Positions 34,675-44,544 of a stretch of DNA of 64,000 bases are shown piece after piece. A program made the position numbers and the translations under genes. The DNA is taken from positions 318,837-382,836 of the forward strand of contig SVEQ01000001.1 of the NCBI GenBank assembly GCA_015057325.1, given 5' to 3'. A model generated the notes under the pieces. That model was not told the origin of the DNA. It saw nothing but the letters and a program-made list of their open reading frames with translations, and searched no databases. The stretch comes from Lachnospiraceae bacterium. Its GTDB lineage: Bacteria > Bacillota > Clostridia > Lachnospirales > Lachnospiraceae. How positions within the stretch are numbered: the stretch's first letter is position 1; each line of letters starts with the position of its first letter.

Positions 34675-34884
34675 TTACTCTGTAACTACAGTTACGTTAA
34701 CAGCCTGTGCACCCTTAGCGCCCTGCTCAACGTCAAATGTTACATTCTGTCCTTCATCCAATGTCTTGAAGCCGTCAGCTACAATACCAGAAAAATGAAC
34801 GAATACATCCTCGCCGGTCTCACTATTTGTGATGAAACCAAATCCTTTCGTAGAGTTGAACCATTTAACTGTACCTTTGTTCAT
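34675..34884 (-). CDS. Cold-shock protein (CspA family)
   Basis: [18 protein letters not shown] (RNP1 KGFGFI), VFVHF (RNP2). 69 aa. The annotated 96-aa ORF is over-extended at the 5' end. Confidence 0.95.
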   Translation of the reverse strand: MNKGTVKWFNSTKGFGFITNSETGEDVFVHFSGIVADGFKTLDEGQNVTFDVEQGAKGAQAVNVTVVTE

Positions 34885-34982
34885 GAAAAGTACCCCCTTT
34901 AAAAAATTGCGTATTAATAGAGGTAGTATGCATACCAAGCGAGAAGTGTTGGTATCGTAAAACACTTTATAAATACATGCCT

Positions 34983-35011
34983 AGTTTATCATCATTAAAA
35001 TTGGAAGTCAA
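34983..35011 (-). promoter_or_regulatory. Possible sigma-A promoter of csp, giving a ~100-nt 5' UTR
   Basis: On the minus strand: TTGACT, 17 nt, TAAACT. The UTR contains an ATACCAA/TTGGTAT hairpin. Confidence 0.35.
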
Positions 35012-35075
35012 TGAAAATATAAAATAGTAACAAAAAGGCGTCGAATTATTATGGAAAATGATTGCATAAAATTGA

Positions 35076-35104
35076 TTGTAGAAACATTGTTTATCAGTTA
35101 TAAT
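35076..35104 (+). promoter_or_regulatory. Sigma-A promoter of the GH25 gene
   Basis: TTGTAG, 17 nt, TATAAT. Confidence 0.4.
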
Positions 35105-35142
35105 ATAAGTGAGTAAAAATTCACTTCAAAGGAGATTGACGA

Positions 35143-36069
35143 ATGAGAAAGCGTCTGATTATGATTGCGGCTATGTGTTGCATCACCTTTGGACTGAGTG
35201 GTTGTCAGAAGAGTTACTATGGTAAAGGAACAGCATTTACCATGAGTACGGATAAATTACCGGGTTACAGTAATGCTGATATTGCAGCAATATCGGCAGA
35301 TAACTATGAAAGATTCATGCATGCCAGTTATATAATCGTTACGGACAAGTTTGGGGAAGTCCATAAGATTAAGATAAGTGCTAATATCAACAGGCATAAT
35401 TGGGATTTTTCAAACTTAGACAGCAGTGGGATGTTTAAGAATTACCGAGAAGAAGATGGCTCAGTCAAAAAGGTGGGAATTGATGTATCGGAACACCAGG
35501 GATCTATTAATTGGGAAAGTGTTGCACCTAATGTTGACTTTGCCTTTATAAGATTAGGTTATCGTGGATATGGTAGTGGCGGACTTGCGATGGATGCGTA
35601 TTATTCATCTAATATGAGCGGAGCTACGGAAGCGGGAATACCGGTGGGTGTATATTTCTACTCACAGGCAATCAGTTACGAAGAAGGTGTTGAGGAAGCT
35701 AATTACGTGCTTGCCAACCTCGGAGACTACAATTTATCATACCCTATAGTGTTAGATAGGGAGGATCCGATGGTTGATGATGCGAGAACTAACGACCTCA
35801 CAGCAGAACAACATACACAAGCGTGTCTTGGTTTCTTGGAAACAATAGCAAAGTCGGGTAGAAAGGTGATGATGTACACCAACAGAATGTATTATTCGCT
35901 CTACGTTGATATTGACCAGGTTTATAATTACCCAATTTGGTATGCTCAATATGCGGACGAGCCAGACTGGCCTTATGAGTTTGCGATATGGCAGTATACC
36001 GAGAGTGGAACCGTGCCGGGAATATACGGTTCGGTTGATATGAATCTTCAAATGATGGAGATTCAGTGA
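35143..36069 (+). CDS. GH25 lysozyme/muramidase lipoprotein
   Basis: Signal peptide with lipobox FGLSGC. GH25 motifs GIDVSEHQGSINW, DFAFIRLGYRGYG, VGVYFYSQA, WQYTESG. Confidence 0.85.
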   Translation: MRKRLIMIAAMCCITFGLSGCQKSYYGKGTAFTMSTDKLPGYSNADIAAISADNYERFMHASYIIVTDKFGEVHKIKISANINRHNWDFSNLDSSGMFKNYREEDGSVKKVGIDVSEHQGSINWESVAPNVDFAFIRLGYRGYGSGGLAMDAYYSSNMSGATEAGIPVGVYFYSQAISYEEGVEEANYVLANLGDYNLSYPIVLDREDPMVDDARTNDLTAEQHTQACLGFLETIAKSGRKVMMYTNRMYYSLYVDIDQVYNYPIWYAQYADEPDWPYEFAIWQYTESGTVPGIYGSVDMNLQMMEIQ

Positions 36070-36099
36070 AGATAACGGATTTTAACCGTCAAGGAGGAT

Positions 36100-38031
36100 A
36101 TGGATTTGAACATTGGTATTAATTCACATTATGATATTGCGGCTGCAAGTATTTTGGCAATAATATTGTTTATGGTAGCAGCCAAGAAAACTGTTCCGAT
36201 TAAGAGGAGTTTTATATATTTTTCTATGTGTGTTGTTCAAATCATAGTTATTGTTTGTAGCGTACTCATGGAAAGTGAGATGAGCATTGCGGTTCGTGCA
36301 GTAGGAATCAAAGCTTATTTCTTTGCTGACCTTTTCTTTGCCTTTGAGTATTTCTGTACAATGCTTTTTATGTACTATATGCTTTTGTGGTCAGGCAAGT
36401 CATTTAGATCGGACAAGTTTGCTAAGTTCATGTTTTTGGCTCCGGTAATAGCATATATATACATTATGAGTGACAATTTCCTTCATCATAATTTGTATAT
36501 ACTTGATGCCGAACAGGGAATTATAGGAACAAACAGACTTTTAATTCTTGGTGGAGTTGCAATATATGCAATGTTGTTTGGTCTTGCTTACGCTATCAAA
36601 CATGTTGAAATAATATCCTTTGGAAAACTTACTGTCATTACATTAATCACATTACTTGTACTTGCAGGTATGACGGTTCAGTATTTCTTCCCGAAAGATT
36701 TCTTTATTAATTACGTTGTGGCAATAGCAATGCTTATATTATATGAGATTGCACAGAATCCTTCCAATATTCTTGACGGTAATACGCAACTTATGAACAG
36801 ACAGATTATGGAAGAGATTTTAAATATTGACATTGCTAACAAAGAAAGCTTTGATCTTATCATAGTTGCACTTGATGATTTTAAGATTGTTAATAAGACT
36901 TATGGAATAGAGATGGGCGATGTTATGCTTCGTCAGGTTGCTAATTTCATGAATACAGTAACAAAACGTGGCAAAGTATTCAGATATGGTTCAGACCAGT
37001 TTGCACTTCAGCTTAGACGTGGACATGAAGATATTGACTATGTGCTTGATACAATAAAGGAGAGATTCAGACATCCTTGGATATATAATGAGTTGGCAAT
37101 ATCGTTATCTACTACGACAATATGTGTGAGCTATCCGGAGGATGGAGAGACATTAAATGGTCTTATAGAAGTACTTGATTACTCACTTCTTTATGCAAAG
37201 AGACAGGGCAAAGGTTCAATTGTATTTACAAGAGATATTGATCTTAATGCCATGCGCAAAGAGAAGGCTATCGAGAATGCATTGGCAGATGCACTTAAGT
37301 ATGAAACACTTGAGGTTTATTATCAGCCGATTTTTAACACCGAGAAGAAATGTTATACTTCTGCAGAGGCGCTTGTAAGACTTAAGGACAAGAATCTTGG
37401 TTATATTTCGCCTGAAATATTCATTCCGATTGCGGAAAGAACCGGAAGAATCCTTCAACTTGGTAACTTTGTTTTTGAAAAGGTATGTCAGTTTATATCA
37501 GAGAATAACTTGGCTGAGACTTCGATAGATTATATAGAGGTTAATGTTTCGGTTGTTCAATGTATGCAGGAAAACTTCGTTGAGCAGATGCTTGAGATAA
37601 TGAATAAGTATCATGTACGTCCTGATCAGATTAACCTTGAGATTACTGAAACTGCTGAGATTTCTGCAATGGCTATCCTTCAGCAGAATGTTGAAAAACT
37701 TTATTCAAGAGGAATATCATTCTCGCTTGATGACTATGGTTCAGGATATTCTACACTTGGATATATTCATCAGTTCCCATTCCGCATTATCAAACTTGAT
37801 AAGCTTATGGTATGGAATGCATTTGAGAATGAGAAAGCCGACATTACTTTGAAATACACAGTTGGAATGCTTAAGGAATTAAATGTTGATATAGTTGCGG
37901 AGGGTGTTGAAACCCAGCAGCAACAACAAAGACTTACCAATATCGGTTGTGACTATTTGCAGGGCTGGTATTATTCTAAAGCGGTTACTGCTGATGAGTT
38001 TGCGGAGTTGCTTGAGAGAAAAGCAAGTTGA
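36100..38031 (+). CDS. Membrane c-di-GMP phosphodiesterase: ~7-TM N-terminal domain, degenerate GGDEF domain, intact EAL domain
   Basis: The GGDEF position reads YGSDQF. EAL-domain motifs SAEALVRL, EITE, DDYGSGYS, KLDK, EGVET, QGWYY. Confidence 0.8.
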   Translation: MDLNIGINSHYDIAAASILAIILFMVAAKKTVPIKRSFIYFSMCVVQIIVIVCSVLMESEMSIAVRAVGIKAYFFADLFFAFEYFCTMLFMYYMLLWSGKSFRSDKFAKFMFLAPVIAYIYIMSDNFLHHNLYILDAEQGIIGTNRLLILGGVAIYAMLFGLAYAIKHVEIISFGKLTVITLITLLVLAGMTVQYFFPKDFFINYVVAIAMLILYEIAQNPSNILDGNTQLMNRQIMEEILNIDIANKESFDLIIVALDDFKIVNKTYGIEMGDVMLRQVANFMNTVTKRGKVFRYGSDQFALQLRRGHEDIDYVLDTIKERFRHPWIYNELAISLSTTTICVSYPEDGETLNGLIEVLDYSLLYAKRQGKGSIVFTRDIDLNAMRKEKAIENALADALKYETLEVYYQPIFNTEKKCYTSAEALVRLKDKNLGYISPEIFIPIAERTGRILQLGNFVFEKVCQFISENNLAETSIDYIEVNVSVVQCMQENFVEQMLEIMNKYHVRPDQINLEITETAEISAMAILQQNVEKLYSRGISFSLDDYGSGYSTLGYIHQFPFRIIKLDKLMVWNAFENEKADITLKYTVGMLKELNVDIVAEGVETQQQQQRLTNIGCDYLQGWYYSKAVTADEFAELLERKAS

Positions 38032-38040
38032 TAATAAGAA

Positions 38041-38070
38041 AGGAGAAGCGATAAGCTTCTCCTATTTTTT
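38041..38070. terminator. Rho-independent terminator between the GGDEF/EAL gene and convergent plsC
   Basis: AGGAGAAGC / GCTTCTCCT stem followed by ATTTTTT. Confidence 0.65.
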
Positions 38071-38848
38071 ATGCATTCTTTAATGCTTCATTTGAAAAGT
38101 TATTTTCGTTTTCTGCAATAACCTGCTCTATTCGTTCTTTGACTATATCGGCAATTTCTGCAGTTTTCATACCTTTATATTCCTCGTATGTAATTGGAGG
38201 AAGTATATGAAGTTGGACATCGACCGGTTTGGTTGAACTAATATCAAACGGAAGATAAGAGTCGATGATTGCAATCGGAACAATCGGACATTTCGCCTTG
38301 GTTGCGGCCTTAAAGCTTCCGCCTTTGAAATCGCCTAATTTATTGCCGTTCTTTGAACGTGTGCCTTCCGGAAAAATAAGGAAGTTTCTTCCGTTCTTAA
38401 CTTCATCTGCTACTGCATTAATAACGGTAAGACCTTGTTTTACATCGTTTCTATCCATGAACATACCGCCCATAAGATGTATCAGTTTGCGAAGAAGATA
38501 TATGTCTTCGGTTTCTTTCTTGATAATGACACCAAAAGGTGCTGGATCAAGATAAACAAGTCCCATGACATCAAACAGTCCCTGATGGTTAGGATACATT
38601 ATATATCCAGACTCTTTAGGGAAGTTTTCTATGCCGTAGCCGTGAATATTAACGTTACCGCTTTTGCAACCTCGTTCGCCGATTTCACGTATCAAATCGA
38701 ATTTCTTCTCTACAGAAACTTTGTCGTTTTCCGCAAAAAGAATCATTCTAAGAAGCATGTAAGGTACTCTCAAAATGTTTCTTCGAATCATTAATGAGAG
38801 ACGCTTCTTCATCGTTTGTCCTCTTTTTTCTTTTTTAAATTTCGACAT
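38069..38848 (-). CDS. plsC: 1-acyl-sn-glycerol-3-phosphate acyltransferase
   Basis: PNHQGLFD (HX4D) and IFPEGTRS motifs. An alternative start at 38812 (MKKRL) also has a good RBS. Confidence 0.8.
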   Translation of the reverse strand: MSKFKKEKRGQTMKKRLSLMIRRNILRVPYMLLRMILFAENDKVSVEKKFDLIREIGERGCKSGNVNIHGYGIENFPKESGYIMYPNHQGLFDVMGLVYLDPAPFGVIIKKETEDIYLLRKLIHLMGGMFMDRNDVKQGLTVINAVADEVKNGRNFLIFPEGTRSKNGNKLGDFKGGSFKAATKAKCPIVPIAIIDSYLPFDISSTKPVDVQLHILPPITYEEYKGMKTAEIADIVKERIEQVIAENENNFSNEALKNA

Positions 38849-40094
38849 CCCAGAACTCCTCTAATGTGGCAAAGTAATCATCGGGAGTTTCTGCACGACG
38901 AATCATAACTGTATCGCCGTTTTCTTTTAAAAGTATCTCGGATGATTTTAATTTGCCGTTGTAATTGTATCCCATAGCAAATCCATGAGCACCCGTGTCG
39001 TGTATTACTAAGATGTCGCCCATATCAATTTTGGGAAGCTTGCGGTCTATTGCAAACTTGTCGTTATTCTCGCACAATGAACCTGTAATATCATATGTGT
39101 AATCGGCAGGCTCATTTTCCTTGCCCATAACTGTAATATGATGATAAGCACCGTACATTGCCGGACGCATAAGATTAACCGCACATGCATCAACACCAAT
39201 ATACTCCTTGTGTGTGTGCTTCTCGTGAATTGCCTTTGTAACGAGGTGTCCGTAAGGTGCTAACATGAAACGTCCAAGCTCTGTGTATATAGCAACGTCG
39301 CCCATTCCTGCAGGAACAAGAATCTCTTCGTAAGCCTTTCTTACACCCTCGCCGATTGCAAGAATGTCATTAGGCTCTTTATCCGGAGTATACGGAATTC
39401 CTATACCACCTGACAAGTTAATAAATGATACAGCAACGCCGGTTTCTTCCTTAAGCTCGACAGCAGTCTTAAAAAGTATGCCCGCAAGTGTCGGATAATA
39501 ATCATTGGTTACTGTGTTACTTGCAAGGAAAGCATGCATACCAAACTCTTCGGCGCCAAGTTCCTTAAGGCGTGTAAATGCTTCTGCAATCTGAGGTCTT
39601 GTCATTCCGTACTTAGCATCTCCCGGATTATCCATAATTGTGTTGGATATCGAGAAAGTTCCGCCCGGATTGTAACGGCAGGATATACGTTTCGGAATGT
39701 TTCCAAGAACATCTTTGACATAGTCAATGTGTGTTATATCATCAAGGTTAATTGTGGCACCGAGTTTGTCGGCAAGAGCAAATTCCTCTGCAGGAGTATC
39801 GTTAGAAGAGAACATGATGTCTTGTCCTGCGAAACCGCATTTATCAGACATTATAAGTTCTGTTTCTGATGAACAGTCTGTTCCGCAACCCTCTTCCTTT
39901 AATATCTTTAAGATTGTTGGGTTGGGAGTTGCCTTGACTGCGAAGAACTCCTTGTATCCTTTGTTCCATGAAAATGCCTTTTTCAAAGCTCTTGCATTCT
40001 CACGAATACCCTTCTCATCATAGAGGTGAAAAGGTGTAGGATACTTGCTGCAGATTGTATCGAGTTGTGCCTTGGTTACAAATGGTGTCTTCAT
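38835..40094 (-). CDS. lysA: Diaminopimelate decarboxylase-family PLP enzyme (fold type III)
   Basis: TPFHLYDEKGIRENA, FFAVKATPNP (PLP lysine), NLSGGIGIPY, GSLCENNDKF. 419 aa from MKTPFV. The upstream 102 codons of the ORF are not coding. Confidence 0.7.
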   Translation of the reverse strand: MKTPFVTKAQLDTICSKYPTPFHLYDEKGIRENARALKKAFSWNKGYKEFFAVKATPNPTILKILKEEGCGTDCSSETELIMSDKCGFAGQDIMFSSNDTPAEEFALADKLGATINLDDITHIDYVKDVLGNIPKRISCRYNPGGTFSISNTIMDNPGDAKYGMTRPQIAEAFTRLKELGAEEFGMHAFLASNTVTNDYYPTLAGILFKTAVELKEETGVAVSFINLSGGIGIPYTPDKEPNDILAIGEGVRKAYEEILVPAGMGDVAIYTELGRFMLAPYGHLVTKAIHEKHTHKEYIGVDACAVNLMRPAMYGAYHHITVMGKENEPADYTYDITGSLCENNDKFAIDRKLPKIDMGDILVIHDTGAHGFAMGYNYNGKLKSSEILLKENGDTVMIRRAETPDDYFATLEEFWDVEI

Positions 40095-40302
40095 AATTAC
40101 CTGTTTCCTTTCCGTTATTGTAAAATTACATATTAATATAGTATTGTTTTTTCGGCTTTTGTCAAGTAAAACCGACAATAAAAGGGGTTTTACAAGATGC
40201 TTCGATTTAATAAATTGTTGTGCAAAATGATGAGAACGATACCACATTTGCATGAAGTTTAATTCATATTTTGTGTAATAAGCCAAAAAGACGGCAAACG
40301 TG

Positions 40303-40331
40303 TTGACTTTGCCTAAACGCTTTGCTATAAT
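40303..40331 (+). promoter_or_regulatory. Sigma-A promoter of ptsH-ptsI
   Basis: TTGACT, 17 nt, TATAAT. Confidence 0.6.
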
Positions 40332-40431
40332 GGGGTTACATTGAAAGACGGAACAAAGAATTGTGTGAGTACGACAATATGAGTAATCGTTCCCACACAA
40401 CGATCAAATTGAGAAAGGAAGGGTGTTTATT

Positions 40432-40689
40432 ATGAAGGAATTTAAGTATGTAATTACAGATGAGGTTGGTATTCACGCAAGACCGGCAGGACTTCTTGTT
40501 AAGGAGGCCAAGGCACTTGCTTCTAAAATTACTATGGAAGCTAACGGTAAGAGCGCAGATATAACTAAGCTTATGGCAGTTATGCAGCTTGGAGTTAAGA
40601 AGGGTACAGAGGTTGTCATCAAGGCAGAGGGTGACGACGAGGATAGCGCTATTGCAAAGATAGAGGAGTTCATGAAGGCGAATCTTTAA
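40432..40689 (+). CDS. ptsH: Phosphocarrier protein HPr (His15 present; position 46 is Lys, not Ser)
   Basis: EVGIHARPAGLLVKEA. Aligning to B. subtilis HPr puts ...GKSADITKLMAVMQLG opposite ...GKTVNLKSIMGVMSLG. Confidence 0.9.
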   Translation: MKEFKYVITDEVGIHARPAGLLVKEAKALASKITMEANGKSADITKLMAVMQLGVKKGTEVVIKAEGDDEDSAIAKIEEFMKANL

Positions 40690-40704
40690 TTGGGAGATGG
40701 TGGC

Positions 40705-42324
40705 ATGGAACAATATAATGGAAAATCAATTTTTAAAGGGACGGCAATAGGAAGAATTCTTTTCTATTCTAAGGGACAGCAACAGGTTAAGAGAGAGAAG
40801 ATAGAAGACGCAGAGGCTGAGATTAAGAGATATGAAGAAGCCAAGAGCAAAGCGATAGAACAATTAGGTGCTTTGTATGACAAGGCTCTTTCAGAGGTCG
40901 GTGAAGCAAATGCGGCAATCTTTGAAGTTCATCAGATGATGTTAGAAGATGATGACTACAATGATTCTATTTTCAATATTATTCGTAATGACGGTGTTAA
41001 TGCGGAGTTTGCGGTTGCAACTACCGGAGATAATTTTGCAAGAATGTTTGCCGATATGGATGATGAATATTTCAAGGCAAGGTCTGCAGATGTCAAGGAT
41101 ATCTCTGAGAGAGTTATCGGTGTATTGTCAGGAAGGAATATGGATGGAGATCTTGGCGATGAGCCGGTAATTATTGTTGCTGAGGATCTTGCACCTAGCG
41201 AGACTGTGCAGATGGATAAGACTAAGTTACTTGCGTTTGTTACAAGACTTGGTTCTTCTAATTCGCATACTGCAATTCTTGCAAGAACAATGAACATTCC
41301 CGCACTTATTGGTGTTGATATCAAAGAAGAGTGGGACGGCAAGATGGCAATCGTTGACGGCAAGCAGGGAGTATTCTTTGTGGATCCCGATGCAGATACG
41401 TTAGAGTCTTATTTTGCCAAGAGAAAAGAAGAGGAAGAAGCAAGAGAACTTCTTTTACAACTTAAAGGTCAGCCGGATGAGACTAAGGACGGCAAGCACA
41501 TTCATTTATACGCTAATATCGGAAGCGTTGCGGATGTTGCTAATGTTCTTGCCAATGATGCAGCAGGAATCGGACTTTTCAGAAGTGAGTTTTTGTATCT
41601 TGAAAAGGACGACTATCCAACAGAAGAAGAACAATTTCAGGTATATAAGACCGTGGCGCAGAATATGGCAGGTCGTAAGGTCGTAATTCGTACACTTGAT
41701 ATCGGTGCCGACAAGCAGGTCGATTATTTTAATATGGAGCATGAGGACAATCCTGCAATGGGATATCGTGCAATTCGTATATGTCTTGACAGAGTGGAGA
41801 TTTTCAAAACACAGTTGAGAGCACTTTATCGTGCGTCTGCATTTGGCGTTATATCAATAATGTTTCCTATGATTATCTCTGTTAAGGAAGTACAGGATAT
41901 CAAGCAAATATGTGCAGAGGTAAGAAAAGAACTTGATGATAACGGTGTGGCATACGGAGAAGTCGAGCTCGGTATTATGATCGAGACACCGGCAGCTGTC
42001 ATGATAAGTGATGTATTGGCGAAGGAGGTTGACTTCTTCAGCATCGGAACTAACGATTTGACACAGTACACACTTGCAATAGACAGACAGAACCCGAAAC
42101 TTGATAATATATATGATTCGCATCACCCTGCGGTACTTCGCATGATACAGATGGTTATTGAGAATGGCCACGCGGGCGGATGCTGGGTAGGCATTTGTGG
42201 CGAGCTTGGTGCAGACACCACACTCACACAAGAGTTTATTAGAATGGGAATAGATGAACTATCCGTTTCGCCTACATTTGTACTTCCTGTAAGAAAAGCA
42301 ATCAGGGAGTCGAGCAGTAATTAG
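40705..42324 (+). CDS. ptsI: Phosphoenolpyruvate-protein phosphotransferase (PTS enzyme I)
   Basis: GSSNSHTAILARTMNIPA (active His), LFRSEFLY, IGTNDLTQY, ICGELG. Confidence 0.95.
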   Translation: MEQYNGKSIFKGTAIGRILFYSKGQQQVKREKIEDAEAEIKRYEEAKSKAIEQLGALYDKALSEVGEANAAIFEVHQMMLEDDDYNDSIFNIIRNDGVNAEFAVATTGDNFARMFADMDDEYFKARSADVKDISERVIGVLSGRNMDGDLGDEPVIIVAEDLAPSETVQMDKTKLLAFVTRLGSSNSHTAILARTMNIPALIGVDIKEEWDGKMAIVDGKQGVFFVDPDADTLESYFAKRKEEEEARELLLQLKGQPDETKDGKHIHLYANIGSVADVANVLANDAAGIGLFRSEFLYLEKDDYPTEEEQFQVYKTVAQNMAGRKVVIRTLDIGADKQVDYFNMEHEDNPAMGYRAIRICLDRVEIFKTQLRALYRASAFGVISIMFPMIISVKEVQDIKQICAEVRKELDDNGVAYGEVELGIMIETPAAVMISDVLAKEVDFFSIGTNDLTQYTLAIDRQNPKLDNIYDSHHPAVLRMIQMVIENGHAGGCWVGICGELGADTTLTQEFIRMGIDELSVSPTFVLPVRKAIRESSSN

Positions 42325-42348
42325 TTGATTCATTTTACATTACCTTTA

Positions 42349-42387
42349 AGGAGCAGCCTATAACTTTGGGCTGCTTCTTTTATTTTT
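42349..42387 (+). terminator. Rho-independent terminator after ptsI
   Basis: GGAGCAGCC / GGCTGCTTC stem followed by TTTTATTTTT. Confidence 0.65.
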
Positions 42388-42528
42388 GGCAAAACTTTAC
42401 TTCACAGAAACTACACCAAAATTCCATTGATAATTGCTAGAATAACTGTTATCATTGAGCGTGGAATTGAAAATGATTCCGATGCAGTAATGAAGTTAAG
42501 TAACCAATACATATATAATAACAGGAGG

Positions 42529-44538
42529 ATGAAGGTTTTGGATAATAATAACATGAATAATAATGAGAACCAAAACGATAACAAAAAAAGCCCTAACAGA
42601 AGCTTTTTGTTTATGCTTGTGGTTTCTGTATGTCTGACATTGTTGTTCTTCTATGCGTATAGCAAATACCAGACAAGTCAGCAGATTGAGATTTCCTATA
42701 GTGATTTTCTTGACATGATAGAGGAGGGAACTGTTAAAGAAGTTAAGATTTACAGTTCGTCTATCGAGGTTATCCCTAAGAGCGATAAGCAGCTTGCCAA
42801 GGAAAAGAAAGAAAATGCTTCAAAGGATGACAAGGAGTCAACTGATGAAAAGGATACATCTGATGAAAAGAATACTACGGTGAAGAAAAACGGAAAGAAA
42901 ACATATCACTGTACACGCATCACAGACTTGTATCTTGTTGATCGTTTAGAGAAAGCCAAAGAAAAAGGCGAGCTGGACTACAAGGCTATTGATGAGAGCA
43001 GTTCGGCAATTATAGGTAACATTTTGTCGTATGTAGTAATGATTGGTGTGTTCTACATCATTATCTGGCTTTTCATGCGTTCAATGAGCAAGAGTGGCGG
43101 CGGCTTCATGGGAGTTGGCAAGAGTAATGCCAAGATGTACATGGAGAAGAAGACGGGTATTACATTTGAGGATGTTGCCGGGCAGGAAGAGTCGAAGGAA
43201 TCATTAAAGGAAATGGTGGATTTCCTGCACAATCCTAAGAAGTACTTAGAGATTGGTGCCAAGCTTCCAAAGGGTGCTCTTTTGGTAGGCCCTCCGGGTA
43301 CAGGTAAGACATTGCTTGCCAAGGCAGTAGCGGGTGAGGCTAATGTTCCTTTCTTCTCACTTTCGGGTTCTGACTTTGTAGAGCTTTATGTCGGTGTCGG
43401 TGCATCGCGAGTAAGAGATTTGTTCAAGCAGGCAACGGCGGTTGCCCCTTGTATCATTTTCATAGACGAGATTGATGCTATCGGAAGAAGTCGTGACAGT
43501 AAGCACGGCGGCGGAGATTCCGAGCGTGAGCAGACACTTAATCAGTTGCTTGCGGAGATGGATGGTTTTGACACCTCTAAGGGTATAGTTATACTTGCGG
43601 CAACCAACCGTCCTGAGATTCTTGATAAGGCGCTTCTTCGTCCGGGACGTTTTGACAGACGAGTTATCGTTGAAAAACCTGATCTTAAAGGTCGTATTGA
43701 GACACTTAAGGTTCATGCTAAGAACGTTAAAATGGACGAGACAGTTGATTTTAGAGAACTTGCACTTGCAACTTCGGGTGCAGTCGGTGCGGATCTTGCG
43801 AATATGATAAATGAAGCCGCTCTTGCTGCGGTTAAGGCAGGACGTGAATATGTAAGTCAGTCGGATCTTTTCGAGGCCGTTGAGGTTGTATTTGCAGGTA
43901 AAGAGAAGAAGGACCGTATCATGAGCAAGAAGGAAAAGCGTATTGTTGCTTATCATGAGACAGGTCATGCGTTGGTATCGGCACTTCAAAGTCACACAGA
44001 GCCGGTGCAAAAGATTACGATTGTTCCAAGAACAATGGGTGCTTTGGGATATGTATGGCAGGTCCCTGAAGAAGAGAAATATCTTAATAGCAAGGTTGAG
44101 ATGGAAGAGGATATAGTAACATTTCTTGCGGGTCGTGCAGCGGAGTCACTTAAGTTTGATTCCGTTACAACGGGAGCTTCTAATGATATCGAGCAGGCAA
44201 CTAACATGGCAAGAAAGATGGTTACAATCTACGGTATGTCGGATAAGTTCGGAATGGTGGCACTTGAGTCTGTTCAGAACCGTTACCTTGACGGAAGTCT
44301 TGCACTTAATTGCTCGGAAGAGACAGCAACCAAGATTGATAATGAAGTAAGAAAGATTATCAAGAAATCTTATGACAAGGCATATAAGCTTCTTAAGGAC
44401 AACATTCCTGTACTTGATGCATTGGCAGAGTTCCTTATTGAGAAGGAGACAATCACAGGCAAAGAGTTCATGAAAATCTATGAGGAAATCACCGGCGAAA
44501 GCTTAAAGGCTGCAGGTGAGGAAGAAGAGCGAAAGTAG
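42529..44538 (+). CDS. ftsH: ATP-dependent zinc metalloprotease FtsH (copy 2) with a K/D/E-rich insert in the extracytoplasmic loop. Start uncertain: ATG 42529, TTG 42538 or ATG 42553.
   Basis: [53 protein letters not shown]. Insert [34 protein letters not shown] lies between the two TM helices. Confidence 0.9.
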   Translation: MKVLDNNNMNNNENQNDNKKSPNRSFLFMLVVSVCLTLLFFYAYSKYQTSQQIEISYSDFLDMIEEGTVKEVKIYSSSIEVIPKSDKQLAKEKKENASKDDKESTDEKDTSDEKNTTVKKNGKKTYHCTRITDLYLVDRLEKAKEKGELDYKAIDESSSAIIGNILSYVVMIGVFYIIIWLFMRSMSKSGGGFMGVGKSNAKMYMEKKTGITFEDVAGQEESKESLKEMVDFLHNPKKYLEIGAKLPKGALLVGPPGTGKTLLAKAVAGEANVPFFSLSGSDFVELYVGVGASRVRDLFKQATAVAPCIIFIDEIDAIGRSRDSKHGGGDSEREQTLNQLLAEMDGFDTSKGIVILAATNRPEILDKALLRPGRFDRRVIVEKPDLKGRIETLKVHAKNVKMDETVDFRELALATSGAVGADLANMINEAALAAVKAGREYVSQSDLFEAVEVVFAGKEKKDRIMSKKEKRIVAYHETGHALVSALQSHTEPVQKITIVPRTMGALGYVWQVPEEEKYLNSKVEMEEDIVTFLAGRAAESLKFDSVTTGASNDIEQATNMARKMVTIYGMSDKFGMVALESVQNRYLDGSLALNCSEETATKIDNEVRKIIKKSYDKAYKLLKDNIPVLDALAEFLIEKETITGKEFMKIYEEITGESLKAAGEEEERK

Positions 44539-44544
44539 TCAAAA

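Noticed and set aside
40095-40200. A possible lysine (L-box) riboswitch upstream of lysA.
   Set aside because: The distance from the best promoter candidate (TTGACA on the minus strand near 40160) to the start codon is only ~50-60 nt. That is far too short for a ~180-nt L-box, and no conserved L-box helices are seen.
40285-40325. GGCAAAC ... GCCUAAAC, reminiscent of conserved c-di-GMP-I (GEMM-I) riboswitch segments.
   Set aside because: The two elements are only ~11 nt apart and simply form one hairpin overlapping the -35 of the ptsH promoter. The two-helix GEMM-I architecture with tetraloop and receptor is absent, and the element lies upstream of the likely TSS.
40095-40400. The N-terminal 102 codons of the 521-aa minus-strand ORF 38835..40400 (the lysA ORF).
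   Set aside because: This part is Cys/Phe-rich nonsense with no RBS, and it crosses the ptsH promoter. The conserved decarboxylase N-terminus begins at MKTPFVTKAQL (ATG at 40094).
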